Assembly: GCA_038087875.1 (NCBI GenBank)
Contig: CM075999.1
Location: forward strand, 372,001 to 434,000
Reading direction: 5' to 3'
DNA length: 62,000 nucleotides
Origin: Malacoraja senta
Taxonomy: Eukaryota
Part shown: piece by piece, positions 46,490-60,066 of the stretch
How positions within the stretch are numbered: position 1 is the first letter of the stretch
How the letters are laid out: every line of letters begins with the position of its first letter
Program-made: the position numbers and the translations under genes
The notes under the pieces: model-generated
Database searches by the model: none
Seen by the model: the letters and a program-made list of their open reading frames with translations, nothing else
Told to the model about the DNA's origin: nothing

Positions 46490-47900
46490 ATAGAGCTCCT
46501 ACAGAATAGAAACAGCCCCTTCGGCCCACCTCCTCCTTGCTGACCAAGATGCCCAATTTGCTCATCCTATTTGCCTGCTATCCCTCTTTTCCTCTCCTAT
46601 CCAAATACCCAGCCAAGTATCTTTTAAATGTTGTATCTGTACCTGCCCCTCCCACTTCCTTTGGCAGCTCCCTTATAACTCCCCATTCTTTGTGATTTAA
46701 AAATTGTCCTGACATCATCTCAAGTTATCCCCTATCACCTTAATCTATACTCTCTAGTTTTAGACTCTCCCACTCTGGTAAAAAAGCTTTGCCTACCTAT
46801 TCTATTATGCCCCTCATCATCTTATACACCCCTATAAGTTCCCCTATCAGCCTTCTATGCTGCAGTGGAAATAAACCTAGCCTTTCCAATCTCTCTTTAT
46901 AAGTAAAGCCCTCCATTCCAGGCAATACCCGGGTAAATCTTTACTGCAATTCTTCTAATGCTACCAAATTCGTCCTGTAGTGTGTGTGACCAGAACAGTA
47001 CACAATATTCCAATTGTAGCCTGACCAATGTTTTGTCCAACTGCAACATGATGTCTCAACTCCTATATGCAATGTCTCAGATATGAAGGCAAGCATACCC
47101 TCCCTACCCCATCCACCAGTTTTGCCATTTTGAAGGAGCAATGACATTTCACTGTAAGGGCTCTCTGTACATTAATACTCCTAGGATCACTGCCGTTTAC
47201 CATATATGCTCTGTTGGTATTTGATGTCCTAAATTGCATTACCTCACACCTGCCTGGATTAAATTCCATTTGCCATCACTCCGCCCAATTTCCAGCTGAC
47301 CATGTCCCTCTGTATCCTTTCATGACCTTGTTCACCATCTATTACCCCACCAATTTCTATCTTGCCAGTAAACTTATTAATCAATCCACCAACACTCTAA
47401 TCCAAGGCCTTAATAAATACATTGCATACAACAATGTTCCCAATACCGATCCCTGCAGTACTCTATTGGTTACAGGCTTCCAGTCAGAAAAAACAAACCT
47501 CCACAACTACCCTGTGCTTCCTATCACCAAGATGATTTGGAACCCAGATTGCCGATGCACCTTGGATCCCATGTGCCCCAACCTTCTGGACCAGCCTATT
47601 GTGCGGGATTTTGTTAAAAGCCTTGCTAAAGTCCACCTAAACCACATCTACTGCCCTGACTTCAATTTTCTTGATTACCTCCTCAATAAACTCAATCATT
47701 GTCAGACAGTATCTCTCATGCTGTCTCATCCTAATCAGTCCCTGCCCTTCCAAGTGAACATAAATCCAAATAGTAATTTTAAATAATGGAATGACACTAA
47801 CTCTCCTCCTCTGACACCTCACCCAAGACTAACAAAGAAGCCAGAATCTCCATTGAAGCCTCAGTAATTGTCTCCCTTGCCCCTCCCAAGCAAATCCTTA
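46490..47900 (-). mobile_element. CR1-type LINE fragment, degenerate
   Basis: Antisense MEFNPGRCEVMQF and RAVDVV..DFSKAF; 3' tail gaaacagccccttcggccc. Confidence 0.7.
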
Positions 47901-48639
47901 GATTCCCTCTCTGGCTGCACTGACATTTATTGCAGCCCCAAAGCTCCAAGGCAGTGATGTGGGTGCAGGGTCTGTGAGCAGTGACCAGCTCTCTGGACAT
48001 CACATCCTGAGGTTCCTCCTCCAGCACATTTGACATTTAAAGGCCTGCTTCATGCTTCGTATATGTTTGCATTTGATCTGGGGTGAAAATGTGTTGCAAA
48101 AGCACTCTAAAGACCAAGCAAACATTCTCCTGATGACTCCTGTTCATTTGCCATTGAAATAGAGTAGCATAGTGCACACTTACTTGGATCAGAGAATTGT
48201 CTGTATGTATGCTGATAAAGTCTTTACTGTCTTGAACGGCAATTTCCCCGGCTATATTTCATGAATTTCCAGTGAATCTTTAGAAGCCAGGTGGCACAGT
48301 GAGAATAGTTGAGAGGTCTTTAGCTGGTAATTAAAACCGACAATAATGACTTATTTGACTAGCAAATTAGCTGAACAGTGATCAGAAAGGTCAGTGATAT
48401 CCAGCACATACTGTACAGCTTCACCCATGATTCACAATCAGTCTTATATAAAGCCTATAGGTGCATTCCAAACATTTGACTCAAGTCTTTACCATGACTA
48501 TATAGGTTGAAACTATAACCTATATAGTTTCAAGCATAGGTGAAATTAGAGTTACTTCTTATGGCTCTCCTAGCCATTTCATAGATCATTTAATTTCATA
48601 TGAGTCCAGGGAAAATTTCTCCCAATAGAATGTGCCTAC

Positions 48640-48840
48640 AGAACGATTCCATTAACCTTTGGCCTCTCGTCCATGTTGCTATCGGACAAATCTGACAGGG
48701 GCTCAGCTTGCAGCAAATTTATGGGCTGCTTTGTCGGCTCTGTGTTAGGTCGGGATCTGCAACATCTCCCGAAATGGTTTCGCCTCTTGCACCGATGACA
48801 AACTTGACGGATGTTATCCCACTTCTGACACCATGTGCAA
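48640..48840 (-). mobile_element. Gypsy gag remnant (zinc knuckle)
   Basis: QVCHRCKRRNHFGRCCRS has the CX2CX4HX4C spacing. Confidence 0.5.
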
Positions 48841-49074
48841 AGTACTATTGATACAGACTCATTATATATCATAACAAGTATTTTAATTAGAATACATACA
48901 GAGACCATCAAAATGAGTACTGTAGGCTTGAAAGTACTTCTGTTAGAGTGAAGTTGGAATCACTGCCTTGTGGCCCTTTTTGATCAGCCATGATCATATT
49001 GAATGGCGGTGCAGGCTCGAAGGGCCGAATGGCCTACTCCTGCATCTATTTTCTATGTTTCTATGTTTCTATGA

Positions 49075-49555
49075 TAACCCCACCTTCAATGGCCAGTTTG
49101 TCTCAGACAGAAAAGTAAGGCCGAACCGCAAGCGGACGCATATGCTGCTTGCCAGGCTATCCGTGATTGATGATTGAGGCGAGCATCTGCAGGGTGGTAT
49201 CTTCTGTCGTGTGAACCACCAACATATCCAGATGATGTGTTATGGACAGAGGATGGAAATGATTATCTGTATGAGGGACATGTGACAGCAGACGGTGAGC
49301 AGTTCTGGGATCAGGACTTTGTTTCTGCTCCTGCAAAAGGACTGCCAATGGGGCTGGTGCTGATGATTAAGACCCCTGTAAAGACTGTCGACAAATCCCC
49401 TGCAAAACCTGTGTTGGTTGAGTCATTGCCTGCTAAGAAACTCCCAATGTAGGCTGTGCCTATTGGCACATCTCCTGTGAGGAATACAGCTGAAGGCCTG
49501 TACCGTCAGGAGGGGTCAGCAAGCCTGTGGCTAGATATGGGGATTATGTCTAGAG
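49075..49555 (+). mobile_element. LTR-retrotransposon pol C-terminal tail remnant
   Basis: RKVRPNRK, and near the end GVSKPVARYGDYV-stop, resembling common Gypsy integrase tails. Confidence 0.35.
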
Positions 49556-49649
49556 GCAGATCTTGGACTCTTATCAACTATAAATATACATTATACAAGA
49601 GAGTGCACAAAGAAAAAAATGTTTACATAAACAAGACACTGGTGCAAAA

Positions 49650-50160
49650 ATACTATTAGAAAATAAGTCCATGGTAGTGCAAGAGATAGCCTAGAGTGCT
49701 CCTTTGATAAGGTGGAATTAGTGTTGTGCAGGTCGGTTCAAGAACTTGATCGCTGTTGAAAAGTAGCTGCTGTTGAACCTGGTGAAGTGCAACTTCAGGC
49801 TTTCGTACCTCCTGCCCGATGGTAGCTGTGGGAAGAGGGCCTGGCCCAGATGGTGTGGATCCTTGGTGATATATGTGCTTCTTGAGACAGTGCTTCATGT
49901 AGATATTTTTGATGGAGAAGTGGGATGTGCCCGAGATGGACCGGCCTGAGTCCACCACTCTCTGCAGCCTCTTGCATTTCTGTGCTCAGGAATTGCCATT
50001 CCAGCCCATGATGCAACCGGTCGGGATACTTTCTGCAGTGCATCTGTCGAAATTTGTTGGAGTATTCGGTGAAGTTGAATATCTTCTAAAAAAGTAGAGG
50101 AACATGCATGCCTTTTTCGTGATTGCATCTGTGTTCTTGGCTCAGGACAGGTCATCTGAT
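49650..50160 (-). mobile_element. Rex1-like LINE 3' fragment, degenerate
   Basis: Antisense VESIPTGCIMGWNGNS..KRLQRVVDSG..HGPTPSGP, matching the other Rex1 ends in the window. Confidence 0.55.
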
Positions 50161-50923
50161 AATTTTGTATAAGAGCATTGCCTTTTAGCGATCTATAGGC
50201 ACATCATTAATCAAGTGCTGTATCATGCCTGAAGCTATTGTTGAAGGCAAAATTGCATGACCGCAATATTATATAAAGCCTTGCTTCTGATGTCTATGGA
50301 CATACCTTGCAGGCTGCCTTTGATGCTTTTGAAATCAATCACTTGCATTGTCTATGGTGTGGCAGAAGTAGAAATGGGAGGACAATACTATTTGATCCAA
50401 GAATGAGATTTTCAACTTTGCTCTGGATCAGTGTAAACTACAAGTGAGTAACAACTTCATAAGAGAGCCCCTTTCCTCTCAATGATATGTTACCTCTTGA
50501 TATGTTTTAAGCTTTGCTGGAAGCTTAAAGAGTGCTTGCAGGTATCAACCTTGAACCTTAAGTCTAAAGAAGGATTCCGAACCAAAACGTCACCTACTCC
50601 TTTTCTCCAGAGATGCTGCCTGACCCACTGAGTTACTCCAGCATTTTGGGACTATCTTTGATGCAAACCAGGATCTGTAGTTCCTTCCTACAGATATTAA
50701 CTTTGGTTGTTCTAAGTTTGGTTGTGAATTATTGAACCAGTATACTGCGTGTAAGCTACAAGGCAAGGTTTGAGCTAGTAAAGATAGGACAACATGGGTC
50801 GGGAACACATGTAAAGACAGAAGGAGACTATACTAATTCAAAGCATACTAAAACATATATTTCTAGGAAAAAAGTTTTATGTTCTTGCTCTGCGTCAAAT
50901 AAACATCAATTTTGTTCCAACAG

Positions 50924-52183
50924 CTTGCAGTTCATCAAAAAAGAATGAAACATCAGCTGAGAGCACTTCAACTTCAAAGGATATGAGAATACAGCCCCGA
51001 ATAATAGTGGTGAAATCATTATCTACCACAGTTACAAAACCAAAGGCACAAGAGAATCCAAAAGTAAAGGACGAAGGAGCAGCATCGGCTTGCAACAGAC
51101 GAGTACATCCGCACCAAATGCCTCTGATATCTCCAACAACCACTCCGGTTAAAATAACAATTGTGCACGGGACAGGAAAAGATTCCTCAATTAACAAAAC
51201 AATCACTCAAACATCTACACCCTCCACTGTACCTATACCCATCATAATACTTATACCCACCAAAACACCTACACCTTCCACGGCACCTATACCCATCATA
51301 ATATTTATACCCACCAAAACAACGACACCCTCCACAAAATCTACACCCTCCACACCACATATACCCTCCATAATAACTATACCCTACAAAACACCTACAC
51401 CTTCTACAACTACACTATCCACAACTACAACCTCCACAGTGCCTATACCCTCCATAATAACTATACCCTACAAAACACCTACACCCTCCACGACAACATC
51501 CACACCTTCTACTACACCCTCCACGACATCTACCTCCACAGCACCTATACCCTTCGTAATAATTATACCCTCCATAATAACTATACCCTTCAAAACTTTA
51601 GTTGAAACAACATCTCCAAAAACAGTTGTGCTAGAACATACACAAGAAGCTCCTTCATGTAACATCGCAGTACGTCCAATGCAATTTCCCCCAGAATCCA
51701 CAACAGCAACCACAGCTGAAACAACATCTACAATTTCTCCAAAGGTAATTGTGATAGAAGATGTACAAAACCAAAGAATAGGTCCAACATCTGCATCTCC
51801 TGAAACATCTACACCTTCCACAACAACTGTCGTTAAAACACTGTCCACAGCACCCACACCCACCCCAACTGCAACTACAACTGCAGCTAAAATAATATCT
51901 CCACGTACCCCAAAAATAATTGTGATAGAAAATGCAGAATATCAATCGGAAAGTCCTTCAAATAACAGAGCAATCACTCAAGCATCCACATCTACACCCA
52001 CCCCAACTACAACCGCAGCTAAAACAATACCTGCACTGAACCCAGTAATAATCGTGATCGAAATCGTACAAAACGAAGAACCTGTTCCCGTATGTAACAT
52101 GCGTCAACAACAAATGTCCACAACTATCCCGACAACTACTGCAGCTGAAACAACATCTACAATTTCCCTAACAGTTGTTGTTG
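50924..52183 (+). CDS. MUC16-like mucin, large Pro/Thr/Ser-rich exon (1260 bp, phase 1-1)
   Basis: Acceptor ttgttccaacAG, open Thr/Ser/Pro-rich frame with internal repeats (ORF 50983-52236), donor G|GTAAGA at 52184. Confidence 0.85.
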
Positions 52184-54659
52184 GTAAGATATACAGTGTT
52201 CTGTGGCAGATATATGCCTTGCCTGTGGCAGATTAAGATTTAAGGTCTTCAATTTCTGCATGTTAACGCATATTATTCAGCAAGTATTCACTGAAGTGAT
52301 ATAGTGCAAACATTAAAAATAAAATAAAAACAGGAAATGCTGAAAGCACGCAGCAGGACAGGCAGTGCCATGGAAAGAGATAAAGTTAACAAAAGAGTTT
52401 GAAGACCATTCAGCAAAGTTGGGAAAGTGAGAAAATGAGTCAGTTGAATGTTAGAGAGAGGGAGACAAGATGAATTGGTGAAAGGGAACTATTTTATTTG
52501 GGTGAGTGCAGTATTACTTAATGGAGGCTTCAGGTTCATACAATGGATTCTAACCTTAATTAATTCTGAGCCTGCATGGTATAGCTTTTCTTTGGTTGCT
52601 CTATCACATCTACATCTCTTTGACCCACTTGGATTCCTCCTTCTGGATTCTGACCATCCCCGGATCTAATCATTGCTAACTTCTGATGTGACATTTCCTG
52701 TCTGCTTTTCTCCAGTCCCCTTATTCACGCTAACCTATTCCCATTGGAACATAGCAGTCCATTCAGTAAGAGCATCTCCTCATCCAGCCCTTTCTTTTAG
52801 ATTTGTGACAACGATGATGTTTCTGCAATATTAACAGTTCCCATTTTTTTTGGTCTATATTGGTCAGGGTGACTAAAGCTGAATAAATCACTCCAAATGT
52901 GGATTCACCAACATTTTATACAATTGTAATATAATATTCCAACTTCTATACTCAATGCCCTGACTGTTGAAGACCTTCTTTACCACCCTACCTGCGATGT
53001 CAAAGTCAATCACAATAGGTAGAGCAAAAGGGAAGATACAGAGTGCAGAATATAGTTCTCAGTATTGTAGCGCAATTGTTCCAATGTCCAATGTCTGCAA
53101 TTGGGTAGAGGTGAATTGAACACCAGCTTATGGAAGGAACAATCAGAAGCCTGATAACAGAGGGAAAGAAGCTGTTCCTGAGTCTGGTGGTGCGTGCTTT
53201 CAGGCTGCTCGACTATTAAACTATGTGTGATACAATCCACAGAGTCCTGAAAGGTTGAAAACATTACATCCACAGGCACAATCTTGTCTATTCTACTGAC
53301 TCCATAGATTTGCAGTGCAAAAGCTGGACTCGGGTCCCTTCTGTCAACTCGTTTTGCTTTGTATCGGTTCTGCATCCTGCTCTTGTACAGAGCTAAAAAA
53401 ATATCACTACATTCCCTACAATTGTCTATCCTGCTCTCACCTTCGCATGCTTCATCTGACTTCTCCCTTCCCTTCATAGAATTATATTTCTATATCTCTG
53501 GGGAAAGGTCAGCAACCAATGTTCATTACAAATGCAAAGTTTTCCACAGCTATCTGGACAATACTGCTTTCAATCTTTTTCCTGCAAGGACTCCATCCTT
53601 TTTTCCTTGTTCCTCCATCTCTGGTGCATGCTCAGATAATGTTACTCTCCAGCAGCTGCCTCATAGATGTAGAACACAAATTGCTGGTGTAACTCAGTGG
53701 GTAGGGCAGCAACTCTGGCGGACAGGTGCTGTTTCAGGTTGGGACCTTTCTACAAAGTCTGACAAACATCACCTATCCATGTCCACCAAAGATGCGGCCA
53801 GATGCGCTGAATTCTCTAGCAAGTTGTGCTTTATTCAAGATTCTAGCATTTGCAACTCTTCGTGCCTGCCTCAGAGATGTCTCAGAGTTATAGAGGCTAA
53901 TAGCAGGGAACCAAGATGCCCCATTTCTTCCTTTTTCTTAACCATAACTCCCTCTCTACCGTAATTGACAGAACTTTCAACCTATATCCTATACTTCTGC
54001 TCTCATCTTCTCCTCCCAGCCAGAGCAAGGGCAAGGTTTCCCCAGCTATTACCTTCTGCCCACTAGTGTTAACAAGATTTCACCATCAGTTACATCTTCC
54101 CCTCACCTCCTCCCCTTTTAACATTCCACGGAAATGTTCCCTCGGTCACTCCCTGCTCTGCGCTCCCATCTCCTCCAACCATCCCATCTCTCACCACTTC
54201 CCCATGCAACTGCAGGAGCTGTAACACTGGTCATGCTGCTCATCCAAACAGTCTTCATCCAGTGAAGCAGCCATTGGATGTGATGTGCGCTCACTACTCG
54301 CAGCATATGGCAGCCTTCAGGAATTAATCTTGCATTGGACATCTTCAGGTTACTTGCTTTTCTGCCTGTACCAGTAATAGCCAATTTTTCCCAACCACAG
54401 CAGCACCACTCTAGGCAATGGGTTTGATGACAATATCCCGGTTGATACTTTGTGAGCTGAAGCGGCAAGTTCAAAAAGGGGCTGGCTGGAGTGAGTAAGG
54501 GGAGTGGGGAAACTGAGAAGGTCCGAATAAGGGTCTGGACCCAAAACGTCACCTATTCTTTTTTCCAAAGATGCTGAGTTCCTCCAGTGTGTCTGTCTGA
54601 GAAGGTCAATGTTGTGTCACCAATCAGAGTTGAATAGATGTTTTTTTATGACTTAGACC

Positions 54660-55342
54660 AAATGCCTTTTGGAAACCAGCTTCTTTCAGCTTCGGACGAT
54701 AGCTAAAATAAAACAATTCCTCCAGTTTGATGACCTCGAAAAGATCATCCACACATTCATCTCCTCCCGCCTAGATTACTGCAACTCCCTTTACACTGGC
54801 ATCAGCCAATCTTCCCTGTCCCACCTGCAACTGGTCCAAAACGCCGCAGCGAGACTCCTGACGGGCACCCGAAAAAGGGACCACATCACCCCTATCCTGG
54901 CCTCTCTCCACTGGCTCCCTGTGCGGTTCCATATAAACTTCAAGATCCTCCTCCATGTCTACAAAGCCCTCAATGGGCTTGCCCCCACCTACATAAAAAG
55001 TCTTCTCACCCACCACTCCACCTCCAGGCCCCTCAGATCGGCCGACTTGGGGTTGCTGAATATCCCGCGGTTGCATAAGCTCAGGGGCGACCGCGCCCTT
55101 GCGGTTGCAGCCCCTAGACTGTGGAACACCATCCCCCTTCCCATCAGAACTGCCCCCTCCATCGACTCCTTTAAGTCAAGACTAAAAACTTATCTATACT
55201 CCCAAACCTTTCCTGACGTCCTCTGAGTGAGGGCTACATGTATATGTGTATGTAGTTTGTTTTGTTCATGCTAGTCTTATAACAAATGTAAAGCACTTTG
55301 GCCAATGAGAGTTGTTTTTTAAATGTGCTATATAAATAAATA
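54660..55342 (+). mobile_element. L2-type LINE 3' end
   Basis: IHTFISSRLDYCNSL..LQLVQNAAARLLT..HITPILASLHWLPV..APRLWN..FKSRLKT, with tail gtaaagcactttg..tgctatataaataaa. Confidence 0.9.
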
Positions 55343-55650
55343 ATTCCCATGTTGCACCACTGCTTTCAGTTAGAGAGAAACAAACTTTAAATTACCTGAG
55401 AAGCAAATTGCTGTGATTAATTGGGCGGAGGATTTTATGACTAGGTCAGCTGTCAAAGAGCAAGATAACAAAAAAGAGATCAAAAGACACATAACAGGTG
55501 TACTTTATAAGATCCAAGAAATTTGAATTCCAATTGTCTTGGAACATATCCTTGAATTAGTTTGGAGCATTTTATGTTTGTACAAATTTTTGATGAATTC
55601 ATAGCTTTTAATAACATTTTCCAATTGTTTCTTCAAAATTTTCTTTGCAG

Positions 55651-55701
55651 AGCCACCAATTGTTCCTGATCAAAATAAGCCAAACAATCAAGAGAATCCA
55701 G
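55651..55701 (+). CDS. MUC16-like mucin, short linker exon (51 bp, phase 1-1)
   Basis: ttctttgcAG|..EPPIVPDQNKPNNQENP..CAG|GTAACT; frame-compatible with the neighbouring exons. Confidence 0.6.
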
Positions 55702-56549
55702 GTAACTCAGCTACATGCTCTGCACACATCAAGTATATGGAGATCTCCAAGTACTAAAAGCATTCATAATCCGCAAAGAACCACGAAATATAACCAAAAC
55801 TAGGCTGTACTCCACCCGCTATCACTACAATAAGTCAGGTGGTGGATGATCAGGATTGGATCTCCCAGTATGATATTTTATAGCTTTCATTATAATTGAA
55901 GGGAAATTGTGGATGAAAAAGGAAAAGTAGAGGCTTTGATTCCAAAGGGGGGACATAAGAGATTACAGATGCTGGAAACTGGAGCAAACAACAAACTGCT
56001 GGAGGAACTCAGTAAGTCCGGCAACACCTGTGGAAGGAAATGGATAGACAACATTTCAGATCTGAACTTGAATGTCAACTCTCCATTCCCCTTCACAGAT
56101 ACTCCTGGAATGCTAGGTTTCAACAGCAGTTTGTTTTCCCCTTATGATTGTAAAAAAAATAATCAAAATAGCAAAAAGCATTGCACAACTTCAGCATGAC
56201 CGAGCCACTTCACAACAAACCGAGCTCTAATGACATGTAATCTCTGATTTCAAATGTTGAACAAATCAGCTCAGAAATTGGGCTTCTCGCAAGTAATACA
56301 TTCGAGGGGCAAATTGGTGATAAAACTATGATACAACCTACCTCTATGTTTCTTTGTTTTTCCTGATTTCACTATGCAGCCGAATGGCGAGTTTGTATCA
56401 AATGCATCAAACAATTGGCTTACATTACATTCATTCTTCTCCGTCTGTTGCTTAAACTGTGTAGAATTCCAGTACTGGGAAACAGTTTTTAAACTATTTG
56501 AAAATTGTGGTACTTTCAGCATGCAAAATTGCTTACTGTATTTCCACAG

Positions 56550-57235
56550 ATCCATTTCCAATCGAGAAAATAAATGCCATTGATTACATTGTGACATTCG
56601 TTGTGGAAAGTCTGTCTATTGAAGAAACAAAAGCAATGCCCTTACAAACAGCAACCATGATTTCAGCTGAGGTGAGAGTATTTACAAATTAGTTTTCTGC
56701 TGATATATTACTTATTTGTTCCATTTTTACTTCTCATTTTGACCCATTTTTTCTTGCCCACAGCTCACAGATCTGTTTGAGAACTGCAGTTTCAATGCAA
56801 CTTTCTTAAAATGTGTCGTAAAATCATTCAGGTAACTCACAATAACTTTCAAATTAAATCATGAAAATCACATTCCTTTGTCTTCTAATTGTTAATGCAC
56901 TGATTCCAAATGGCAAACGCGATCATCTCATGAGCACATTTCATACAAATATCAGTGCAGAGTAAATATATGAGTAATATGAGGCCCGTGACAGACAGGT
57001 CATTATGGGAGTGGGAAAGGGAGTTAAAATGTTTCACAAAAGGGGGATTCAGCAGGCCTTGGTCGTTCCTGCAGAAGTGTTCAGCAAAATGGTCACCTAG
57101 ACTAGGTAAAGGGCCTGTCCCACTGACGCGACCTTTCAGCAACTGTCTTTGACCTTCAAGCTCGACGGCACTCGCCTGGAAAACCTTGAGCTGGATCAAC
57201 CGTCAGTGATGAAACCGCAAGCAGGATCGACCAAC

Positions 57236-57319
<84 letters not shown>

Positions 57320-59103
57320 CACACATCCCAAAGGTGGGGGCCAGGGAAAGCAGGGGAGCGCTGTCTGAAATTCACACTCGCGATGAAGAGGAAGGTAAAA
57401 GAGGAAGGCTGCACAGTGTGCGAGCTTGTCCCACTGTACGAGGTAATTCAAGAGCTCTCCCGAGTTTAAAAAAAAATCAAACTCGTGGTAAGTACGCAGA
57501 ATGTACGTAGTGGGGATGTTGGAGCTCGGGGAGTCTCTTAGCGGCTCGTAACGCTAACGGCAGGTACTCGGGAAATGCAGTAAGCTCGTGAAGTTTTTTG
57601 AACAGTGTGAAAAATGTCCACGAGAGCCCGAGTACCTACGAACGGCTATTACCGTAATCCTCCGAGTTCAAATCAGGGGAAACTCGGGATAACTCTTGAA
57701 TTACCTCGTACAGTGGGTCAGGCCCTTAAGTCCTTTAGAGAGCATGGACGGGGGGGGGGGGGGGGGGGAGAAGGGGAGAGAAATGGTGAGAAGGAGGGAG
57801 AAGGGGGGGGGGGGGGCGGAAGAAGGAGTGGAGACACTTTTAAAAAGCCAGACAACTTTTAATAAAGTTTAGCGGGCATTTAACTTACCGGTCGGTTTTT
57901 CTTGGTCCTGAAAACTCCAAGATTGCCTACGACTGCCCTTGACTGCCTATGACTACATAGCGACCCCACTCCACTGCACTACGAGTTCAAAAGAACCATG
58001 TCGACCAATTTTTACTCGCGGAAAATTTTTCTACATGCTGAAAAATTTTCCTCGACCAAACTGAGGCCGCGAGTATGCGGGAACTTCCCTCGACCATGAA
58101 GGAGAGTTCCAGTGACCTCATAGGACCTCCTAGGACCACGTGTCGACCATGCTGTGAGTTTGAGTCGAGGGCAAACTCTTCTAAACTCGCAGATTAGGTT
58201 GCCGCTGTGGGACAGCCCCTTAAAGATCACACCCAGTGCAGCGACTGCAGGAGATGAGGTTAGAGACTGGGGTGTGAAAGGTAGGGACAAGGGGAACTCT
58301 TTCTTTGATCAGTTTGGTTGAGGGGAATGCAAGAGCAGATCTATAAGAGACGTGGGAAAGGGATCCATCTAAGCCAGCCAGGGGTAATCCACGTTTACTC
58401 GAGAAAAAGGACATCTCAGGTGCCCCAGAAAGGGAAAGCATCATGGGAGCAGATGCGGCGAAGATGGACAAACTAAGCATTGGATTTCTATGACCATTGC
58501 TTAGACTCTTATAATCAGTCACAGCAACATTTCAGCTATGCTCTTGCTAAAGGGCCTGTCCCACTTTCCCCGAGTTATTCACGAATTCTCCCAAGTTTTC
58601 TCCTTGATTCAAGTTCGCAGAATGTTCGTAACGAGTCCATAGGAGACCGTAGCAGTCCGTGGATATATCGTAGTGGCTCGTTATGCCAGCCGTAGGTACT
58701 CGGGCTATTTTTTTACATGGACATTTTTGATCAGGCTGGAAAAAACGTCCCGACTTACCTGATGCCCCGAGTACCTACGGCCTCGTTACGAACATTCTGC
58801 AAGTTTGAATCGAAGGGAAAACTCGGGAGAATTTGTGAATACCTCGGGAAAGTGGGACAGGCCCTTAACATTGCAAACAACTTTGCACTAATTTATTTTT
58901 CACTTTGTGCAAATGTCTTATGCTTTTTTGCAGAGAGGTAACGGTTAACAGCACCAGAGTGACTGCTGGTTGTTCATTCCAAAACGTGTCCAACATGGAA
59001 CCCATCACACCAGAAGAGATTTATGATGCATTTAGAAAGGAGACCAATAACCTTTCCTCACTGGGGTCATACGCACTGCAAAGCTACAGCCTCCTCGTAG
59101 ATG
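56550..59103 (+). CDS. MUC16-like SEA module 1 (exons 56550-56671, 56764-56831, 58934-59103; 120 aa)
   Basis: GT-AG exons of 122, 68 and 170 bp give YIVTFVVESL..LTDLFENCSFNATFLKCVVKSFR..STRVTAGCSF..EEIYDAFRKETNNLSSLGSYALQSYSLLVD, matching the MUC16-type SEA pattern with its two cysteines. Confidence 0.85.
57236..57318 (+). repeat. (ACAG)n microsatellite
   Basis: About 20 perfect tetramer units. Confidence 0.95.
57427..57726. mobile_element. Nested Harbinger MITE, left TIR clipped
   Basis: tgtcccactgtacgaggtaattcaagag..ctcttgaattacctcgtacagtgggtcaggccct followed by TAA. Confidence 0.8.
58551..58865. mobile_element. Non-autonomous Harbinger MITE (315 bp)
   Basis: TAA-agggcctgtcccactttcc..ggaaagtgggacaggccct-TAA; empty site in the paralogous intron at 61445-61447. 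Confidence 0.93.
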
Positions 59104-59875
59104 GTACATATCGAAATATTCCTCAGTGTTTCCCTTCATAGTGTACTTCATGGAATCTATAGTAACTGCTGATTTGTAGTCAACCTCTTTGATATTTACA
59201 TATTCAGATCAGTGAGAACCAGGTATGATATCCCATAAAATCTGGGAAAGCGAATTTAAAGTCATTCATAATATTGCTCTTCGGAGCCAGCCTGGTATAA
59301 AGATTCTGCCTCACTGGTTTGACCCCATCACAAAAGCAGTTACTTCCTGATAAGTGTTCAAGGTGCAAGTAAAAAGACATCTCCTCCAATAAAAGGTGAC
59401 ATATTTTTTTTAAAGAAGAAACATAGTGCTGGAGTAACTCAGCTGTTCAGGCAGCATCACTGGAGCATACGAAAGGATGACAGTTCAGGTCAGGAATCTT
59501 CTTCAGACTGATTGTGGGGGGTTGGGGGGGAGAAGAAAGCTGGAAGAGAGGAAGGGCAGTACAAAGCACGTCATTTAATTGGTAAACACAGGTGAGGTAG
59601 CGATTTGATAAACAGAAGTTTGGACAAAGTTTGGCGATTAAAAAACATAAGGTGTGAGACAAAGGTTTGAAGAGTTTTGAATTTGAAGCAGGAGGAAGGA
59701 ATGTAGAAGGAAGGCAAGTGCGGGGGGGGGGGGGGGAGGGAGCTCAATAGGTGCGAGTCCAGGTTGATCACCGTGGATTGGGGGTGCTGCATTGTTAAAG
59801 GTTACCTGAACTTGAGGAATTTAAAGTTCATATCATTGGCTTAAAACCTACCTATGTTTCTTTGTTTAATTTCAG

Positions 59876-59902
59876 ATTTCACCATGCAGCCCAATGTCAA
59901 TG
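59876..59902 (+). CDS. MUC16-like mucin, 27-bp inter-SEA micro-exon (phase 1-1)
   Basis: ttgtttaatttcAG|atttcaccatgcagcccaatgtcaatg|GTGAGT encodes DFTMQPNVN in frame. Confidence 0.6.
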
Positions 59903-60066
59903 GTGAGTTTGTATCAAATGCATCAAACAATTGGCTCATATTACATTTTTTTCTTTTCGGTCTGTTGCTAAAGCTGTGTGAAATTCCAGTACTGGGAAAC
60001 AGATTTTAAACTATTTGAAAGTTGTGGTACTTTCAGCATGCTAAATTGCTTACTCTATTTCCACAG

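Larger units (their letters stand above)
57110..58220. mobile_element. Non-autonomous Harbinger element (1111 bp including a nested copy)
   Basis: TAA-agggcctgtcccac..gtgggacagcccct-TAA (TSD at 57107 and 58221). Confidence 0.85.

Noticed and set aside
51230..51600. Regularly spaced repeats resembling a CRISPR array
   Set aside because: These are in-frame mucin coding repeats in a eukaryotic exon, and there are no cas genes.
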